Assembly (NCBI RefSeq): GCF_009914755.1
Contig: NC_060926.1
DNA: 64,000 nt
Strand: one strand, 5' to 3'
Source: the human T2T-CHM13v2.0 reference genome, Homo sapiens
Within the stretch, counting starts at the first letter, position 1. Every line of letters starts with the position of its first letter. The notes under the pieces were generated by a model. It searched no databases. It worked only from the letters and a program-made list of their open reading frames with translations, and was not told the DNA's origin. Made by a program: the position numbers and the translations under genes. Positions 59,794 through 64,000 of the stretch are shown in pieces.

Positions 59794-62700
59794 TATTTTT
59801 ATTTTTAGAGGGAGTAGAGAAAAAAACTAAATCTCAGCTTCAAATTTGTTAGAGTTTTAAGGAAAATAAATGCACAGAAACACAGAAGGAACTTACAGTT
59901 AATATTGCTCTCATTACTTCCTAATTGTAGGAATTTTTGTTTCAGTTTTGGTTTTTCCTTTTTTTTTTTTTTTTTGGATAACATTTTCTTAATCAACCTG
60001 GCCACTAATAAATTGACTTTCACAGCCCTACCCAAGGGAACTATATACCCTTCAAGTCTTTGCTTTTTAAACTAAATTCTGCAAGTTACAAATAATGCTA
60101 TTATACCATAATGACAACACTTGACCACCATTTTTTAAAAGACATTTATTGATAACCTTTTGAATAAGAATGCTTGATCACCAAGTTTCCTATTAATGCA
60201 CATTCTTCTCATATAATTTTACTAATTCTAACAAGAAGTGTCCTAATAAACTTACAATAAACAGTGACTTAGCAAGTTTTCTTAATCTAAAATTATATAT
60301 TCACAGCAACAAATAGGCAAGTTAGATCTTTCTTAGGGCTTTTTATCCAGCCCACTAGATCTGTGTTCTTTTTTTAAAAAAAAACTTCTTTGTTATGTCA
60401 TTCTGCAGACAGAGCTCAGGCTGTTTCCTGTCACCCACTGGAGCAAACTGCTCAACAGAAAGCACAGTTGGACAGCCCTTAATTAGTGCTACTTGGGATA
60501 GTCAGTGTGTGAGCCTGTGTCAGCATCTCACTTAAACAGGAATAGAGCAGTGAGGATCAGCTGACAGTTTGAAATGCAAGACACCAGGTCTTTCACTTCC
60601 ACCTACAGTCATACAATGCATGCTGCATGCCCACAAATGTTATGAGAAATGTTGGAAATTATGTTCTTTATGTAAATTGAAGTCAAATTATTCCATCACG
60701 TTTTACAGGGTGTTTATTTCTTTAAGTTATCCAAGTACATGCTCTCCAATCAAAATCTAATGTGCAAAAGTAAATAAAATGAATCTTGAAATTACTTATC
60801 TGACAATTAATTTTTTTAATTCACTAGACCTGGGGTAATTTTTAACATTTTCAAAAGAACAGAGAATAGCACTTTATAATTCACTAAAAAGAGCAATAGA
60901 ATGTATTTTACTTAAATTCAAATGAACTTGTATTTTGAATTACTAAAATGATCACTGATTATTATGATATTAAAAACACATATGTAACTTTAAAAACAGA
61001 AACAAAATTATATCCAGTGGACTACATAACCAGCGTACTTCTTAGCCAAAATCTGAGTTGGGGGAGATGCCTTACACACGTAAACTTTTTATAGCTCATG
61101 AACATAAAGAAAGATTTACAACTTGATAAATCTCTTGTAAGGTGAAAACTTGAACATGGAACTCTATCACCTACTTGCCCCCTAAAGTTAAGGCGACTAG
61201 CTATTGTGATATCGTATTACAATTCTATCTCTATGGCCAAAAATAAAATTAGATGCAGAGTTTGGTTCAGCTCTGAGAGGGTGGGATTTTCTTTGTTATA
61301 CAGCAGACACTGTTTAGTCTGGGTGGAAAACGTGATCAATATATTCTAAACCTGTAACTTACTATAAACATAACCTCCCTCCAACGTATTTTAATATTTT
61401 TCTAGTAGCTAATAGAGTCCCTTTGGGTTAAATGTGAAAGGAGCCTACAATGTGTATTTTCAGAGAGTAAACAGCCACCACTTTTTTTTTCACCTATCTG
61501 GAAAGTAGCTATTGTACTTCATATGGTAGACATTTTTAGAAACAGTTTTTGCTTTTTGTTGTTGCAGTTCAGAGGTAGGATGGCTTTCAGGGCTGGTGGC
61601 AGTACAGGCTTCTTTATAAGGATGAATGAAGATGAAAAGCAAGACAAATAGAAGCGAATGAGACACTGCTTTATGTGATTCATGATAGCTTGCCGTAAGC
61701 CTGTTAGCCTCTGCCTGGCTCTTCTCTCTGAGAGAATAATGGATAGTTACAATGTGTATAGTGACATTGTCAAACCATCAGGAATTGCTGATTATAGTGC
61801 TAAATATTGATCTCTGCTTCATATGTGTCAAAATTCTTTCTTCCCTTAATTAGAACTTCCCTAAGCACCATACAAGAACAAACTGAATATATCAGATCTC
61901 TGTGAAAGGGAGTGTGATACTAGAATATAATTGTGACCTCTTGTCTTCTCCTTTTCTCTTGAGTTCTGAGATGACTTCGGCTGTCTCTCCTGCCCTTCCC
62001 AGTACATGTGATCATCATGCTCATTTTTCCCAATCTAACCATAGGAAGATTTCTCCAAGCTTCTGCTTTTCATCATTCTGAACCACAAGGGTAGTAGTCA
62101 GATGGCAGTGAGACTTAAAGTGCCAGAAGGTGCCTTTTTCTATTTGTTTGTTTCATGGTACACCGCACCAGGCAATGACCTGTGGCAACAATGTCATACA
62201 AAACGGAGACAGGTTCACCCAATCAAAGGGAGGTTTAAAATTAATACAGATCCCTTCGTTGCTTCATGCGAGATCTGGGAAGGGCAATTTCAGGGTGCCA
62301 TAGGCTTCTTGGTTATCAGTCACATTCACTTAAAAGATATTTTTAAGCTACTTTTGTTATGAAAATTATCCCTTTTTTGTTCCAAATTGCACCATCAACT
62401 GAAGCAGGGTAAAGCTCCCTACTAACTTGATATTACCATTCAATCAACTTCCATATTCTGTACTCTAGCAGTAATGTAATATAGTGAAAGGTTGTGATAT
62501 ATGGTTTCAATTTGCACCGCAAACTGAGCACTTAACTCATTTATCTTAGTTTACCGTAATATATTGTTATTTTTTAATCATGACACCATGGTACATTTGC
62601 CTTTAGTTTGATGTGCTTGATAAAATCAATATTTCATTAAAAGGTTTTTAAAAATTGTTTGTTTCAAACACGGAACCAGACCAATTGGTAGCCAGTTACT

Positions 62701-64000
62701 TAGCAGCAACCTCTTTCCTGGCTCTTCACGTAAATGTCTCCATGAGCCCCTGCCACCCCCACAAACACCTTCTGTGTGGGATCTTGGTCGGCAGTTACCT
62801 CCCTGGCAAATTCACAAGGTCCTTACTCACAATACATGGTTAAGAGGGGCTATAAATAGCAAATTTCAATTTTGACCTTTTCATGATAAATCTGGAAGAG
62901 GATGATGAAGGGAGGGTTACTAAGCCTACCCACTTTTTCTTTAAACAATTCAGATAAGATTCTCTGTCCCCATATAGAGAAAGCACCAAGCAACCTGCAT
63001 GAATGTAGGTTTCTTCCTTTAGCTGCCAAGTAACTGAGTTACATTGCACTACAGGTGATCTGTGTCAGTGGTAATGATTAGGTTAGCAAAGTGCAGAGAA
63101 CTAAACTTTAAATTGGGCTAAAAAGCCTCAGACTGCAATGGGGAGGAGCCAGCATTTTCAACATTCTGGTGCCCAATCATGAATCTGAATGCTTGTTTTA
63201 ATGTGGCATAGTTTGCAAGTGGAGCTCCTTACAAGAGAAATGTTAACTAATGGCAACCATCCACTTCTTCTTCCCTAGCTTAGGGATGTAAGAAGAAAAA
63301 TGATCATTGGGTTGTCTGGTTAAAGCACACATTACCCATTTTCTTGAAGCTGTTCAGCTCACAGAAATAACACTTTTGCGTGTTTTCTCCTCCATGTTAC
63401 ACATAAAATATATATTTATCACTATAAATCAATATCTAGGTATCTTCACAGGCTACATTATGCCCTGTGGAGATAAATATAGAATATGATAACTGAAGCC
63501 ACTATAATGTCTCTGAATAGATATTTAGCTATTATATAGATACAAGGAATATGATGAAACAGAAATTTATATTTGTAGATTTAAATAAGTTTGTTCTATA
63601 AGAATAAAGAAGAAAATAATCATTGATATCACTATAAATATTTAATTATGTTCATTCTACTTTAAGGTAACAAATTTTATAACTATACAAGAATTGATGA
63701 CTAAGATGAGTACATTGACAACTACGTATAGAGCTTTTCATCAAAAACAATTACAAGTTGAAATGATTAAATCGTTTTTTTTCGGTCATAATTAGATGGA
63801 GCAGGATTTATAAGGGCAGGTATACATAATACTTTATTAGCCAATAGCATCTAAAGACCTATAGCTTTTCTTTAATACCATCATATTGTATATTACCTAA
63901 AATCTGGAATAAATTAGTCATTCTATCTATAAGAAATATTCATGACAGTTCACAGCTAAGCCAGATAGGATATGATCAATAAAAAGCCTACTAGTCTTTA

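Overview
AT-rich primate genomic DNA (probably human or another hominoid, judged from AluY and L1PA3-5-type elements), intronic or intergenic. I find no supportable host protein-coding gene, rRNA, tRNA or CRISPR array. Every ORF I can recognise is a remnant of L1 ORF2, THE1 internal sequence or Alu. Much of the window is interspersed repeats (L1, Alu, L2, MIR, MaLR/ERVL/ERV1 LTRs, MADE1, Tigger1, MER1A), often nested. Subfamily names are by eye from remembered consensus motifs, so they are provisional. I do not see a new biological system. The observations most worth follow-up are: (1) four insertions that carry extra non-element 3' sequence inside their target-site duplications (TSDs), including a TSD-flanked orphan retrocopy at 13.7 kb; (2) three L1PA copies sharing non-consensus ORF2 variants, suggesting gene conversion; (3) two adjacent twin-primed L1s that form an inverted repeat; (4) a probable ~600 bp inversion at 21.3-21.9 kb; (5) a candidate IRF/ETS promoter with a strong splice donor at 27.7-28.1 kb.
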